Assembly: GCA_013239625.1 (NCBI GenBank)
Contig: MU053881.1
Location: forward strand, 10,067,957-10,131,956
Length of the DNA stretch: 64,000 bases
Source: Lama guanicoe
Lineage: Eukaryota
Reading direction: 5' to 3'
Numbering within the stretch: the stretch's first letter is position 1; each line of letters begins with the position of its first letter. Position numbers and translations under genes: made by a program. Under the pieces are notes generated by a model. The model saw nothing but the letters and a program-made list of their open reading frames with translations, was not told where the DNA came from and searched no databases. Of the stretch, positions 11,233 through 23,804 are shown one piece after another.

Positions 11233-11999
11233 ACTTTTCTGGGGGTTTTTTTAGGTTGATTTCTCCCTGGCCTGGAGACCTAGTCCCCATGAAACATTTA
11301 TTTGGGGTCACTGAACTGCTGAGCTGGTTGCCATGTCTGGTTGGCATCTGGGGTGTTTTAGAAGGAGGTCATTTGAGAGGGGATTGTTTTCAGAGGAAGG
11401 GATTGCTGAAGGAGCAGGCAGAACCTGAAAATGAGCTTCAGAAAATTCCCCAAGATCCACTGGGAGGCGAAGCGCAGGAGGCAATTTTCCACGTACACAT
11501 GCAGCCCAAATTCTTCGTGTTAGGTCTGACTTGGAGCGCTATTTCCATAATGCACATTAATAAGGCAATTTTCTTGGAAAAATCATCGGGGCTACTTGCA
11601 TGGCTTATTCAACCCAATTTCCATGGGAATACGGCAGTTTGGTGCCCTACGAAGAAGGATGGAACCCTTCCACAGCAGGGCTCTTAACTTGGAGGTTCAC
11701 TGCTGACCTTTACCATATATTTTTTATAACTTCCCTTAAATCCACCGTGTGAAGAAAACAACCTCCCTGCTCTTCAGTTCTCTGGGGCTTATGTGCTCGT
11801 GTTGCGCTAGTCATGTTGCATTAGATGTTGTAACTAAAAGGAACTTAGGTGATGCAGCATAATGATAAACCCTGGGAGGAGAATTCGAAAGGTGGAAGTG
11901 ACAGGTGGAGTACGAAGAACCCAGCACCTTGAACTGATAGACAAGCGATTCTCATGAAGCTGCCTTCCCCTTACTTGGTGATGCTGAGAGCATACGGGT

Positions 12000-12860
12000 T
12001 TCATTTAATTCCAGACACGTTTCCTGGGTATCTAGAAGGTGCTTTATTAAGCACAGAGTGTGTTTATAAAGATGAACTCAACATGATCTTTGCCCCCTGA
12101 GGGCTGATAATCAAGTGGAAGAGAAAGACATGCACACGAAGAGAAACAATAATTGTGAAATAGTGGTTCAGAGCATGGATTTGGTTCTGATAGGCTGGGA
12201 GTAAGTAGTCTGCCGGCTCTGTCTTTTATTAGCTCTGAGACCTTGGTCAAGTTGTTTATCCTCCCTAAGTGTCGGTTTCCTTATCTGTAAGGTGATGATA
12301 ATAATAATACTTACAGGGTTGTTTTGACAAAGGAATGAGCGTTGTGTCTGATTCACAAAATCACTCTGTAATCTTGTAATTATAGTGTTAGAAGTAACAT
12401 CAGTAATAATAATAAAAGGTAGCTTGGGTGAAGTAGGTTAAGTGAAGGCACTGTAAGGTGCTCTGAGTGAAGAGAAGACCAAGGAGTAATTCTTTAATTA
12501 GATTAGGGAAGGCTACAGATTAGAGGGTAGCGCTTGAAATAAGACTACAAGGGTGGGAAGGATTTGAATAGAAATAAATAATCCTGAATAAATAAATAAT
12601 ACTGAAAATGTCAAACAAAAGAAGAAGTCATGGAAGTAGAAGTAAAGGATGTATTCATAGAGCATTGAAATAGGCTATCATCTGAACAGGGCAGGGGAAT
12701 GTGGGCAAGGCTGTGAATTTCGGTACTGACCAACTTGTGGAGGACCATACATAAAGGCACTAAACACTGAATTCTTTCTTAAAGTAATTGATGTTTGTGG
12801 AGTAGACTTTTTTCCAGGACGTTAATATCAATACTGCTAAAACAGCACCTATGGTAATGG
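12000..12860 (-). mobile_element. L2 LINE fragment interrupted by a MIR
   Basis: aagatgaactcaacatgatctttgccccctgagggctgataatcaagtggaagagaaagaca, then after the MIR agggaaggctacagattagagggtagcgcttgaaat. Confidence 0.55.
12152..12372 (+). mobile_element. MIR SINE
   Basis: MIR core: gaccttggtcaagttgtttatcctccctaagtgtcggtttccttatctgtaaggtgatgataataat. Confidence 0.85.
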
Positions 12861-13125
12861 GGGAAAGAATGAATTAAACAACGTCAACAGACGTCTTAGC
12901 TGTAGGACTTTTTGTAGCTTTTAAAAGGCCACCCTGCACTGGATTGAGGATGGCACACAAGGACTTGTTTCAACAGACCACACAACATTTTCTTGTGATA
13001 CACCCACTTAGAAAAATAATTTAGAAAATAATTTTCCATAGACAATGGAAAAGTTTTAAGAGAGTTTGAGCATAATAGTGACACTTATTTATTTACTTAC
13101 TTTAGGTGTGAAAAGTTTGCTTTCC

Positions 13126-13187
13126 TTTTTTTTTTTAATAGAGTACAATGTTGTGTTAATTTCTGGTGTATAGCACAGTGATTCAGT

Positions 13188-13219
<32 letters not shown>

Positions 13220-13766
13220 TATATTCCTTTTTGTATTCTTTTTCATTACAGTTATTACAAGGTATTGAATATAGTTCCCTGTGCTATACAGTAAGACCTT
13301 GTTTATTTTATATATAGTAGTTAGTATCTGTAAATTGCAAACTTCGAATTTATCCCTCCTCACTCCCTTTCCCCCTGGTAACCCCCTGACCTAATTTGTT
13401 TTCTACATCTGTGAGTTTGTTTCTGTTTTATAAATAAGTTCATGTGTTTTTTTTTTTTTAGATTCTACATATAAGTGATGATGTATGATTTTTTTTTCCT
13501 CTTTCTGTCTTATTCCACTTGGTATGATAATCTCCAGGTCCATCCATATGGCTGGCAATGGTATTATTTCATTCATTTTTATGGCTGAGTAGTATTCCAT
13601 TGTATAAATATACCACAACTTCTTTATCCAATCATCTGTCAGTGGACATTTAGGTTGCTTCCACGTCTTGGCTATTGTAAATAGAGCTGCTATGAATATT
13701 GGGGTGCACCCATTTTTTCAAATTAGACTTCCCTCTGGATATATGCCCAGGAGTGGGATTGCTGGA
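13126..13766 (-). mobile_element. Young (artiodactyl/camelid-type) L1, 5'-truncated 3' end
   Basis: Poly-T, then tacaatgttgtgttaatttctggtgtatagc, tttatggctgagtagtattccattgt, ending at gagtgggattgctgga. Contains a (TA)n(CA)n tract. Confidence 0.93.
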
Positions 13767-14809
13767 GTGGCATGTTTATTTGGTTTCATACATAACAAGT
13801 TTGAGAAACCTTCAAATCACTCATGTGTGAAAATGAAAAGATTTAATTTTTCTCCAATTGTTGATTTCACACTTTACTGTCAGACAGCCCCTCTACATGG
13901 CTATTTATCAGTATCTGCGTGGGTTCTGTAACATTCTGGGTGAGTTTTAACATCACAATTTGAGGCTGTCCAATTTTAAAATTCTAATGTCTTAACTGAT
14001 TCAAAGCTTGACGTTCCCTCCTCCTCCCTGTAGGCTTCAATGCATTTAGTGTGTGAGGGTGGAAGAAGAGAGAAAAGGTCAACTTTTCTTTTTTTTTTTA
14101 ATTCCCTGAAGCTGTAGCTGTATCATGTTATTGGCTAACACTGCACTGACCATCAGCACCTCTGTGTGGCAGGCATCCTTAACCTGGCTCTCCTAAGCAC
14201 ATGGGTATAGATTCTTCAGAAGGACCCACACAGTGTCAACGTTTGTTTGGTCCCTTGACATGGCAGTTCCATCTCTTTTCTCCATCTCCCAACACCAGGC
14301 AAGTTGCTGTGGCCCTTCAGGGTGAGGAACCAGCAGGAGGACTTAAGTCAGCTACTTCCCTGGTGCCTGTCTGACCACTGGAAATTCTCATCTTTGCTAA
14401 GACAGCAGGCATCCAGGCTGTTCAAGTGTATTTCACCTGAAATATCTTCCCAATTATCTTTCCTCCATTTGGATGGTCATGGGCACAGAGCAGTAAGCAT
14501 ATTACCTAAGAAGAGGTCTCACCAGGGAACAGAAGCCATGCTAGTTTCTCCTTCTCACTGTCACTTCTCGTATTTGCTCACCTGAAGTCACCTTTCCCCA
14601 TCTCAAGCACACACCTACTTGGCTTTTTAAGGAAGAAACACCCCGTGGAGAGAAGGAATCACTGTACCACCAATCCTCCACTTCCAACAGGGCCTGTGAC
14701 CCTGATTCTCCCTTTCCTTTATCCTACCCACTTTTTATGTTCACTGAGAGTAAGAAAGGGGCTGGGATGGGTTAGTGATAGGAAAAGTACAGTTTATGTT
14801 AATTAGGAA

Positions 14810-14940
14810 TTTTGGGGAGGTGGGGAGGGAGAGGGGCGGTAGTTAGGTTTGTTTCTTTGCTTTTTTTAATGGAGGTGTTAGGAACTGAACCCAGGACCTC
14901 ATGCTAAGCATGCACTTTACCACTTGAGCTATACCCTCCC
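14810..14940 (-). mobile_element. tRNA-derived SINE, Vic-1 type (camelid)
   Basis: Minus strand gggagggtatagctcaagtggtaaagtgcatgcttagcatgaggtcctgggttcagttcctaacacctccattaaaaaaa, with A/B boxes and an aaacctaactaccgcccc tail. Confidence 0.85.
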
Positions 14941-15238
14941 TTCCAATATAGGTTTATAGGTGGTTAACCTTGGGTTTTCTGGCCCCACAAGCTAGGAGAT
15001 CCTTAGCAGCTCTTTTTAGTACATAAAATGCACAATTCTTTGAATTCCCACTGAGACTCTGTCCTCTACCACAATCCCTGGAGAACCAGAAGAGTCCTAG
15101 CCAATATTCTGCTACAAATGCTGAAATTTTTTATTTCAAATTAATTAAATTAAAACTAAATTAATTTAGTATTCACATTCATATACACATGTACTTATGT
15201 ATACACATGTTTGTGTGTGTATCCACACAGAACAAAAG

Positions 15239-15356
15239 TGTAGTGGGCTATGACGGACATGTGATATGAGAAACAAACCATTGTTGTTACAAGCCATTAA
15301 CATACTTGAGCTCAATTCTTAGAGCAGCAAAGCCTAGTCTGTATTGGGTGATACAG
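15239..15356 (+). mobile_element. MLT1 (MaLR) LTR remnant
   Basis: tgagaaacaaaccattgttgttacaagccatta...gcagcaaagcctagtctgtattgggtgataca matches the MLT1 3' end. Confidence 0.6.
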
Positions 15357-15792
15357 ATGTTGAGTACTTTGGAAGAAAAGGAAAGCAGAGAAGAGAGTTA
15401 GAGAGCACTGCAGTGGGAGAGAGGGCGGTACTTCGGTTTTACTGGAAAAATCAGGGGAGCCCTCACTGAAGTGTCATCTCATCTAGGACTCAGAGAAGAT
15501 GAGGGAAGGAGATCCTTGAGTGTTAGGTGGTGGTGATGTGAGTTTTGCTTCCCAGTCCTCAGCTGTCCATCAAGAGACTCAGTTGAGTTCTTGACTCTAG
15601 TTGCTATAAGATACCTTGCTGTCTCCCCCAAATTTCTCTCCTTGTGCTCAGCCTAATTTGAATCAGCTTTGTTTCTGGCATCATAACCTAGCCTCTTCTT
15701 TCATTTCTTGCTAAAGAAGAATGGTAATCAAGACTAGAAAACTGGATTGTAGATGTTCTAATATCTTCCATGATGTTATCATGATGCTCATG

Positions 15793-15817
15793 GTGTGTGT
15801 GTGTGTGTGTGTGTGTG
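15793..15817. repeat. (GT)n microsatellite
   Basis: Directly visible. Confidence 0.95.
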
Positions 15818-16309
15818 AATATACTGTGTATCCTGACACTGGTCACTGAGAAAACAGCCTGAAGCTGAGGGTGAGATTGAAGCCTTCTGTCTCCTGCAAT
15901 TTACAGTCATTTGAACATGAACATTTCTTTTAAAAAAAAGAAATTTCAAATGAGAAAAGGAAGATCCTCAACCAGAGAAAAGTAACACAGTGGACATAGA
16001 TATGGACGTCTAGTCTTAATGTGAAATGACCACCAAAAGCAAAAGGTCTCTTTTCAGAATGGGTCCCTCACTGGCAGGCAGCTGTGTGAAAGACAAGCTT
16101 GTTTTCATGTGAGCAGAGTGTCTCACACTCCGCAGACACTCAGTCAATAACTGTGGAATGAATGCCGAAAGCCTATTTTTCTGCTCCTATTTGTAGACAA
16201 GTGTTCTTGTTTTTCTTTTGTTCTCTATTTATTCGGTAGCTGTTTATTTTCCCTGCCCGACATCCAATTCCTCCTCTTTTAATAAGAGGATACAGATTTT
16301 CGAGGGAAC

Positions 16310-16690
16310 TGCCTTCACAGGGTGGTGCTGGCCTTGACACTGAAGAGCCCTGACCTTGCCGGGCCAGAGGAGAAACACGCAACCCAGGGCCAGACGCGCA
16401 TTGTGTCTCCTGGACATCTGAATTCCAAGTAGGGCAACACAAAAGAGGACAATTGGAGGAGCTGATTCTCTTGTGCTGTTGCCCTGTGTGGCAATCCATT
16501 CAATCCTGTTTTCTAGATCCATCAGAGACATCCTGGTTCTTGTATTTCCCAGTGCTCAATTGCTTGGCATTTTCCAGCTCTTCTTTGAATTCTACCCCAT
16601 GGTTACGAACAAAACAGGAGAACAACAAAAAAACCTCTTTTTTTTTTTATTCTCAATTTCCTTGCAAACAAACAAAGGCTAACAGATGTA
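16310..16690 (+). mobile_element. Old MLT1 (MLT1K/L-like) LTR
   Basis: cacgcaacccagggccagacgcgcattgtgtctcctggacatctgaatt...cctggttcttgtatttcc...ttgcaaacaaacaaaggctaacagatgta. This would explain the cluster of overlapping ORFs here. Confidence 0.55.
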
Positions 16691-19600
16691 CTTTTGAAGA
16701 AGAGCTATTTGAAATATCTCTGGGACTGATGGTGACAATGTGTGATGGCCGTGCTTCACCATTCAAGCCAGAGTTCTACACTTTCCTCACTTGGGGTCCC
16801 TAAAGCTGTTATTGCAATCATCCTTCCCAAGACCAGAAGGTCAACCTCCCTTAGGAGATCTGGGGTTGGCTGGTATGTTCTCATCTCTCCCTCTCTATAA
16901 CTCAGCTATTCTGTTACTGAGTACCCACAGTGTAGACATCTTCAATTAACTCACTGAAATAAAACTCTGATAATTTATGAAGACACTGCATGGCTTTCTG
17001 TGAGTTACAGAATGATGCTGGGAAACTGTTAAACCCTGTGGCTAAGATCTAGAACCAGGTCAGAGACACCTGCTTAAGCATCTCGTATAACAACCCCCTG
17101 TCCCAATCTGCTGCTGGAAGTTTCCAAAGAAGAGGAATGAGTTCTGTATCTGCTTATATAATGAGGCACAAACGGTTATCCTTAAAATCATTTCTGTTTT
17201 CTTTTTGCTCTTGCTTTTCCGTAAGGATAGTGGTAAGAGACACATGAGTTAATTTAAGGACTAGGTGGACACTGAAACATCTTCATTTATAACTTTAGCA
17301 AGTACTGTGAGAGCAAGTTCAGACAATACAGAACACGCCTGGAAAACTCTCGGTCCAATATGTAATTGTATAGTTATGAGAACCACACAATTATAGCAAC
17401 TTATGTTTACACAGTCGTAAGCTCCCTGGTCCAAATTTCCACCTGTGCAATCTTAGAGCTTGCCTGTTATCATAGGTCAGGTGAGTGTTATCAGTCATCA
17501 CACTTTTCCCTGCTTATCTCCAGTGGTGAGGACCCTCTGTCTACAGCGGGCAGTTCATTTCACTTTCAGATGGGTCCATTTTTTTTTTAATGTTCTGATT
17601 TAATGCATAAGCCCTTTATAATTTTTACTCACTGGTTTTGGACCTACTCTCTAAAGCAATATGAAACTCTCTGTACTGTTTAAACATATTTTAAGTTAGA
17701 TTTGGACAAAATCTACTAGCTTGTCTTGAAAGCCTAAATGGTAAGTTCCTAATAGCCCAAATAAACTAATTAGAAATTGCAATTTAATTACACATTAATT
17801 ACTCTCCATTTTCTTTTTAATTAGTGTCACTTAAGGTGAACTGTGACTACAAATTTGTTTCTATTGATTGTGATGGTAATAAAGCTCAACTTAGAGTAAT
17901 ACCTTTTTCCCCCCCTTTTAAAAACATTTCTCAATGGATTAGTGTGGTTTTACATTCCTTGCTTTCTTTCCTAGGGTATTGTACCAAGTGGATTAGAACT
18001 TCAAATGCTACAAAGATACAAAAGCGCTTTACTGTAAAATCCAAGACATGGGTAATTATCACCCAGGTTTTCAATGAGTTTTTTGATGTTGAGGTGGAGC
18101 TTTGAGCAATAAAAAAAATTTTTTTTAAAGAGAGAATAAAAAATATTTCAGAGGAGATATAATAGTCTTCAATGCCTCATCTATTGATTTTCTTCAGATG
18201 TTTAAAACCTCAGTGTGACTTAAATTTTATGAAATGGGGGTCACTGACACCTGAAAAAGTACAACAAAAATATACACTGAATGTCCTGTGGACTGAAACA
18301 CATAATTGCCTAATGAAAAGGTTATCCACTGTGTTAAGTCCATCACTGACAGAAATTTTCTATTACTTCTAAAAGAGCAGATTTGGCTGTATCTTCAAAG
18401 AGTTCAAATTTTATGCTGACTGGAATTTGTCCATGGGTATTACTATGTTCTATTACCAGCTTATGGTATCTAATTTATAAAGTCAATTTACATGCAAAGC
18501 TTTTTGTATTCTTTGTACTGCTTAAATTAATCACAATACATTTATATTTCCTTTGTGAAATCACTTCCTGGCTCCCAGCTTTTCAACACATAACTTTTTA
18601 AACAAAAGAAGCTAATTTAAATGGTTTTTCCAATAAACCAACTCTAATTCAGCAACTGGGTCCATAAAACCTTAAAGAAATACTTGTATCTAGCAGAATA
18701 TATTCATGGATTGGGAAAGATCACATACTCAATATCACTATCAACATAGTAATTCATATTTTCCAGCATGGTTAATAGCTAACACCAAATGCTATTTATA
18801 ACAGGCTGAGGGGCCTGAGAAAAATCCAACAGAACAAGTTGACATGATTTTTTTTAAAAGGAGGAAAGAAGATGGGTATGAAATTAGTAGTGCCTAGAAA
18901 AAATTCTCACCCTTAACTCTGGTGCTGATTTGGAGAAATGGTCTCCTATGTCCTATGGTTGGATGTATGTATACAACCTATTCTCCCCCTCTCATTCCCT
19001 CCCCTGTGGCTGGCAGAATGACCTTTCTTAATTTCCATCTTGTACCTCATTCCTCATGTCGGCAGCCTTTCTGAATGGATACTCAGTTGTCTCACTTGCA
19101 ATAGTGTAAAGCTCATTTATTGAAATACATCAAATCATATTTCAATAAAGATAATTCTGGCTATCAAACAAAGCCCATCTATTTTTAAGACAGAATTTTA
19201 TTAAATATGATTTAAAATGAACCCATAAATGAGAATCGTTTTCAAAAGGCCCTACATTTTACTCATGTAAAATGTTCATGACCATGAGTGATGTTCCTTA
19301 TAAGGAAAAAAGAGGGTTCATAGCTAGATAGGATTCTGTGACTCCGTTGTAAGTTTGACTGAGGAAGTAGTTATCCAACATTTGCCACTTTCTTCCTGCT
19401 ACAGGTAATATCACGTGCAAGGCATCCTAATGTACTGTAAATACCAAGACAATTCAGGAAGTATAGTCAATCCACTTCAGTGGGTATTCTGTGAAGTGTG
19501 TGTATGTGACTTTATTGAAAAGCCCTATGAATTCAAGAGCGCTACGCCAACATTATTAGAGAAATCCTACCTCCTGGTAGAGGTTTCTCTCTCTTACCTA

Positions 19601-22114
19601 AATAACGTTTTAGATGTTGACAATTGTTGGTGTATAACTGAGATGTTTACTGGAGTAAAAACCAATGAATATGACTTCAATTTCAACTGCAAACTATATT
19701 GTTCAATAGAAAGTTTTTTTTTTTTAATCAATGTATTTAGAAACATTTTTGGAAGTAGCATATGATAGAAAAATCACCCACCTCAAAGCAAGTTGCTTGA
19801 AATTTCTAATTTTACATCTTTATGATCAAAAATGTCATCAGTTTTCAACGTTCTTTTCAACTACCTGATAGTCCTCAACTTTAAACAGTTTTGAAAATGT
19901 AGATACGGTTAATAAAAATATTCTCAGGTATGTTATATTTTCAGTTTGGAACGTATTCTTAGAACTCATATTAGAAGACAAGGTTTTCCAGCAATTCTTT
20001 TTAAAATTAAAGTCAAAACCTGTATTGATTTATTTGGTGAGTTCAGAAGCATGAGAAAGACCAGGAAGGTTAAAGAATGAATTGTTTCCTTTAAAGTGCA
20101 CTGATAATAGTACAAAGATAGATTGAGTTTTAAACTCTGAATATGTAATCTCTACAGGAATCATTTGAAATAATTTCTGGAGCTTCTTTTGTTTAATGAT
20201 CTGAAATCTAAAAAATAAGAATAAGGAATGCTAGTTTGGTTTCTCTCTGAAGAATTCACATAACATGCCTGTAAAACAGGAAAACAACTCTGTACTTTCA
20301 GATTATTTGATATGCCTGGTTTAGACCTTAGCAAAATGAAATGGATGTGAAACTGAAAAGAACTGAAATTAGTAAGAAAGCTAACTCTGTCACAAGTTGA
20401 AACAGGCATTAAGCTCTCTGAATCCTGAAAGGTATCATTGTTAGGAAATGTTTGGGGTTGTTTTAGAAAGTACAGTTCTCTAAGGTCCTTAAAATCTTTT
20501 CAGATACTCCCTTTGTTTATAACACAGTGCTCTATAGTCATAGAACAAAGAAGGTTAAATATATTTGTGACTTGATACAGAGTTAGGTAACAAGCAATTC
20601 TTTGCTTTTATATTGTATTAGAAAACATCTTTTACTGGTGTTGAGTAACACTGAATCAACAAGATAGAGAGAGTTGTCGGTAGTCACAGTGCAAGGAAAC
20701 ACATCAGGAATTTATTAGATTTGGATTTATCAGTGCGTAGAAATTCATGATGTTTAACTTAAAGGCAAAAAGAGCAGAACACTTTGAATAATAGCTTGAA
20801 GTGGATGATTAGCTAAGGGGATGCAACATTTAATAGCCAAAATAAATTACTATAATTATTTTATTACCTATGCTAACTGATTCCATTGTTTTTATTGAAA
20901 TAACAGCTCCCCGAGGAAGGGAACAGTGCTTCAATGAATCTCAGCTGTAGGCTGGTGTGTTCTTCTACAGCAATCAAAACCTATGAAAAATAGCCTTCAT
21001 GGGTAATACTCTTAATGTCTGCTGCATTTCAGCACTTGGAGAAAACATCCTGTCCAAGTGAAAACACCTGGAAATATCTGGAAGCTTCTGGACAGAAGAG
21101 AAAGCCTATGAAAGACAATGTGGTTGTATGGTTTTAGTTCCCCACATTTGCACTCTTTTACTGGTTCATGCCCTCACCATACATCTTCTTTCTTTTCCAT
21201 TGTATTTTCTAGGAAAGAACTTGAACTTGCGAGATATCCTCCTTCCAGCAAAAGTGTACACATGTACTTGCATTTGGGTGCACAGTTCCTCAAAGTACTA
21301 GGAAGGATGTGGGGTGAGTCAGGGTGCCAGAAAGTGTGGGAGGCCACGGAAGAAGATACTGCATATTCCTAGAAAGTCAGTTTTACTTGAAGATTTGTGG
21401 GAAAATATGTATTTTTATAAAATAAAAATGGACACATATTGATTATACAAACATGTCCGTACCTGAAAAAAGCAATTCCAACCGTGTAGGTGCTCAACTA
21501 AATGTCTCTCTGTTGAGAAAATGGAGTCCCTCATGACACATGTCACTGAATTAAGAATAAAGATCTCAGAGGGAAACTCACTTTTCTCATTTCTACTGAT
21601 ATTTTCCTCCACACTCTTACACGGAAAACAAGCTTTGATGAATTTGGGAGAGGATACAACTAAAAGGAGCCTTTGAAATGAGAGAAGGAATTTTTGTTTG
21701 TTGTTTCTTGTATCTCCCTTTTCAGAATAGTCCTAGTTTACTTTGATAGTCACATCACTAAAATCTGCTGAAGGTTCATCACTTCAAATCCCTCCAAGGA
21801 CTAGAACCACTAAAAGGAAAAGTGCTGTCTTGGCATTTAAGTAAACGACTAAATTTTAGATTGTAACAGGCAGATAGAAGTTAAGATTAAAAACAAACAA
21901 AAACCCAGAACTAACATTCTAACAAATGATATGATCATGTTAATTTAGAGGCTCCAGGAAAAAGAAAAGAGGTTGAACACACAAAAGGAAGTACAAAAAT
22001 GTCTTGGAAAAATGTGCTTTTTTTTTTTAATGCGGATAACTCATGATTGCACTTCATGATACACAGAATTCATAACTGAAACATCTATGTGATACTCAAG
22101 TTTCAATAAAGTGG

Positions 22115-22310
22115 CTATCATTTGTTAGTTAGATAGCAAGGTGTATGTTACATGTATTGTCCGTTATCATTCCTAGGAGAGCCCTATTTTATGGAAAAGG
22201 TACCTGAGACTCAGAAACACTAATGAGTTACAGAAATAAAAAGCTGGGAGAGATGCAGATGGGACTGAACTCAGATCCAACTAACTGTAACATCTATTCT
22301 CTTCCCTGTA
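22115..22310 (-). mobile_element. MIR SINE, degenerate
   Basis: ccctattttatggaaaaggtacctgagactcagaaa...gggactgaactcagatccaactaact. Confidence 0.55.
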
Positions 22311-22710
22311 GAGTTTTTCTCTCTCCTTTGGGGACTTTAGTAAAGACCACATAACATACTCCGAGCTCATTCTAATTCTGAGGGAGACAAATAAGGGTGA
22401 CATAAATCAATAAATCATAATTTCTGTCAATTATGCTATTTATCCAAAGAGATCCTTAGGAAACTGAAAGCTAGGCAATGACTGAAAGAGGCAGGCTCCT
22501 ACTGATATATATATCTATCAGTAAGAGATATGTTATTAGCTAAATCATGTTGATGGTACCAGTGTCCAGAGAAGGGGTCAAATCTACAAGACACCAAAGT
22601 GATGGGCCTTGAGCATAAAGGACACACCTTATAGGCATTATGCTACAAAAGACAGAAGTGAGATAAAGCCTTAGAAGGCAGGGAAGGAAGAGAATAATAA
22701 AGATAAGTTG

Positions 22711-22711
<1 letters not shown>

Positions 22712-22756
<45 letters not shown>

Positions 22757-22930
22757 TTTCTAACCCTGTCAAAATTCTACAAAGTCAAAATTATTATCCT
22801 TATTTTACCCCAAAGGAAACTAATGCACAGAGAGGTTAAAGGCTTACCAAGGGGGAACATATTATTTAGTAGAAGAATTCAAATTTTATAGCAGTTTTAC
22901 CTTTATTCAAAGTCTGGGTGCTTTTCATTT
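22712..22930 (-). mobile_element. (ATA)n tail followed by a MIR SINE
   Basis: (aat)n at 22712-22755, then attattatccttattttac...gaaactaatgcacagagaggttaa. Confidence 0.7.
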
Positions 22931-23056
22931 TGCACTAAGTTCTGGTTTATATTTGATTAGGTTTAAATATTCAGTTTGTTATCCTTCAGTCAGTATTCTT
23001 TAGGATAGGTAGGAAAACAGGAAAGAGAGGGAATATTGAAAGAGATTTCTTTAAGG

Positions 23057-23280
23057 CAGGGTTTTCAACATCGGCCACTAACAGACATTTCAGGTAGGAT
23101 CATTCTTTGTAGGGGAGGCTGTCTTGCACACTGTAGATGCTCTGCAGCATTCCTGGCCTCTACTGACTAAATGACTGTTGCACCACACCCTCAATTTTGA
23201 CAGCCACTCAAGTCTCCAGACATTGCCAAGTGTCCCCCGCAAAGCCAACGACCCCACCTCCTCCACTTTGAGAACCACTG
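23057..23280 (-). mobile_element. MER20 (hAT-Charlie) DNA transposon, full length
   Basis: Terminal repeats cagggttttcaac and ttgagaaccactg. Internal ctccagacattgccaagtgtcccc and gcagcattcctggcctctac. Confidence 0.92.
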
Positions 23281-23289
23281 CTCTACAGG

Positions 23290-23520
23290 AGCCTGGACTC
23301 ACGACACCCATACTGCAGTCCTGCTTCAATCGCTTGTTACTTCTGTGAATTTCAGAAATTCTTGACTTTATCTGAGACTTAGAGATCTCATCTAAAAAAA
23401 AAAAACTGAGAAAACTATAATAATTAGAATATCTCCAAATAAATGTGAGAACTGATGTGGAATTAATGCAGATCTGTAAAAGCGCTATTCAACATAAAGG
23501 GACACACTATTATTACTCGT
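23290..23520 (+). mobile_element. MIR SINE, degenerate
   Basis: gttacttctgtgaatttcagaaattcttgactttatctgagacttagagatctcatctaaaaa...gtaaaagcgct. Confidence 0.5.
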
Positions 23521-23667
23521 TTGTGGGGAAAAAATTTTTTTTAAATCGGGAAACAGAAATTTAAATCATTTAAAAAAAATTCCTGGTTCCTGAAAATACC
23601 AGAAATCATAGATATGGGAGTGCTAACTCATAACAACTGAGAAGACTGCTTAAAACTGCCAGGCAAA

Positions 23668-23771
23668 TGTAAGTGCTCATCAACGAAGGAATGGATAAAG
23701 GAGATGGTGTATATCTCTCTCTCTATAGATAGATAAGATAGATAGACAGACAGACAGATAGATGGATAGAT

Positions 23772-23804
<33 letters not shown>

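Noticed and set aside
13403..13931. ORFs MWYIYTMEYYSAIK... and MAIVNRAAMNIGV...
   Set aside because: Typical translations of the L1 ORF2 end and 3' UTR, sense and antisense. Not host genes.
14860..14940. tRNA gene
   Set aside because: It has A/B boxes but also an A-rich tail and no intact cloverleaf, so it is a SINE.
16173..16803. Cluster of five overlapping ORFs
   Set aside because: Lies in a GC-richer old MLT1-like LTR, where stop codons are rarer by chance.
19593..19695. Minus-strand exon candidate (tttgcAG ... TAG|GTAAGA)
   Set aside because: Poor pyrimidine tract and an unrecognised peptide. Not distinguishable from chance.
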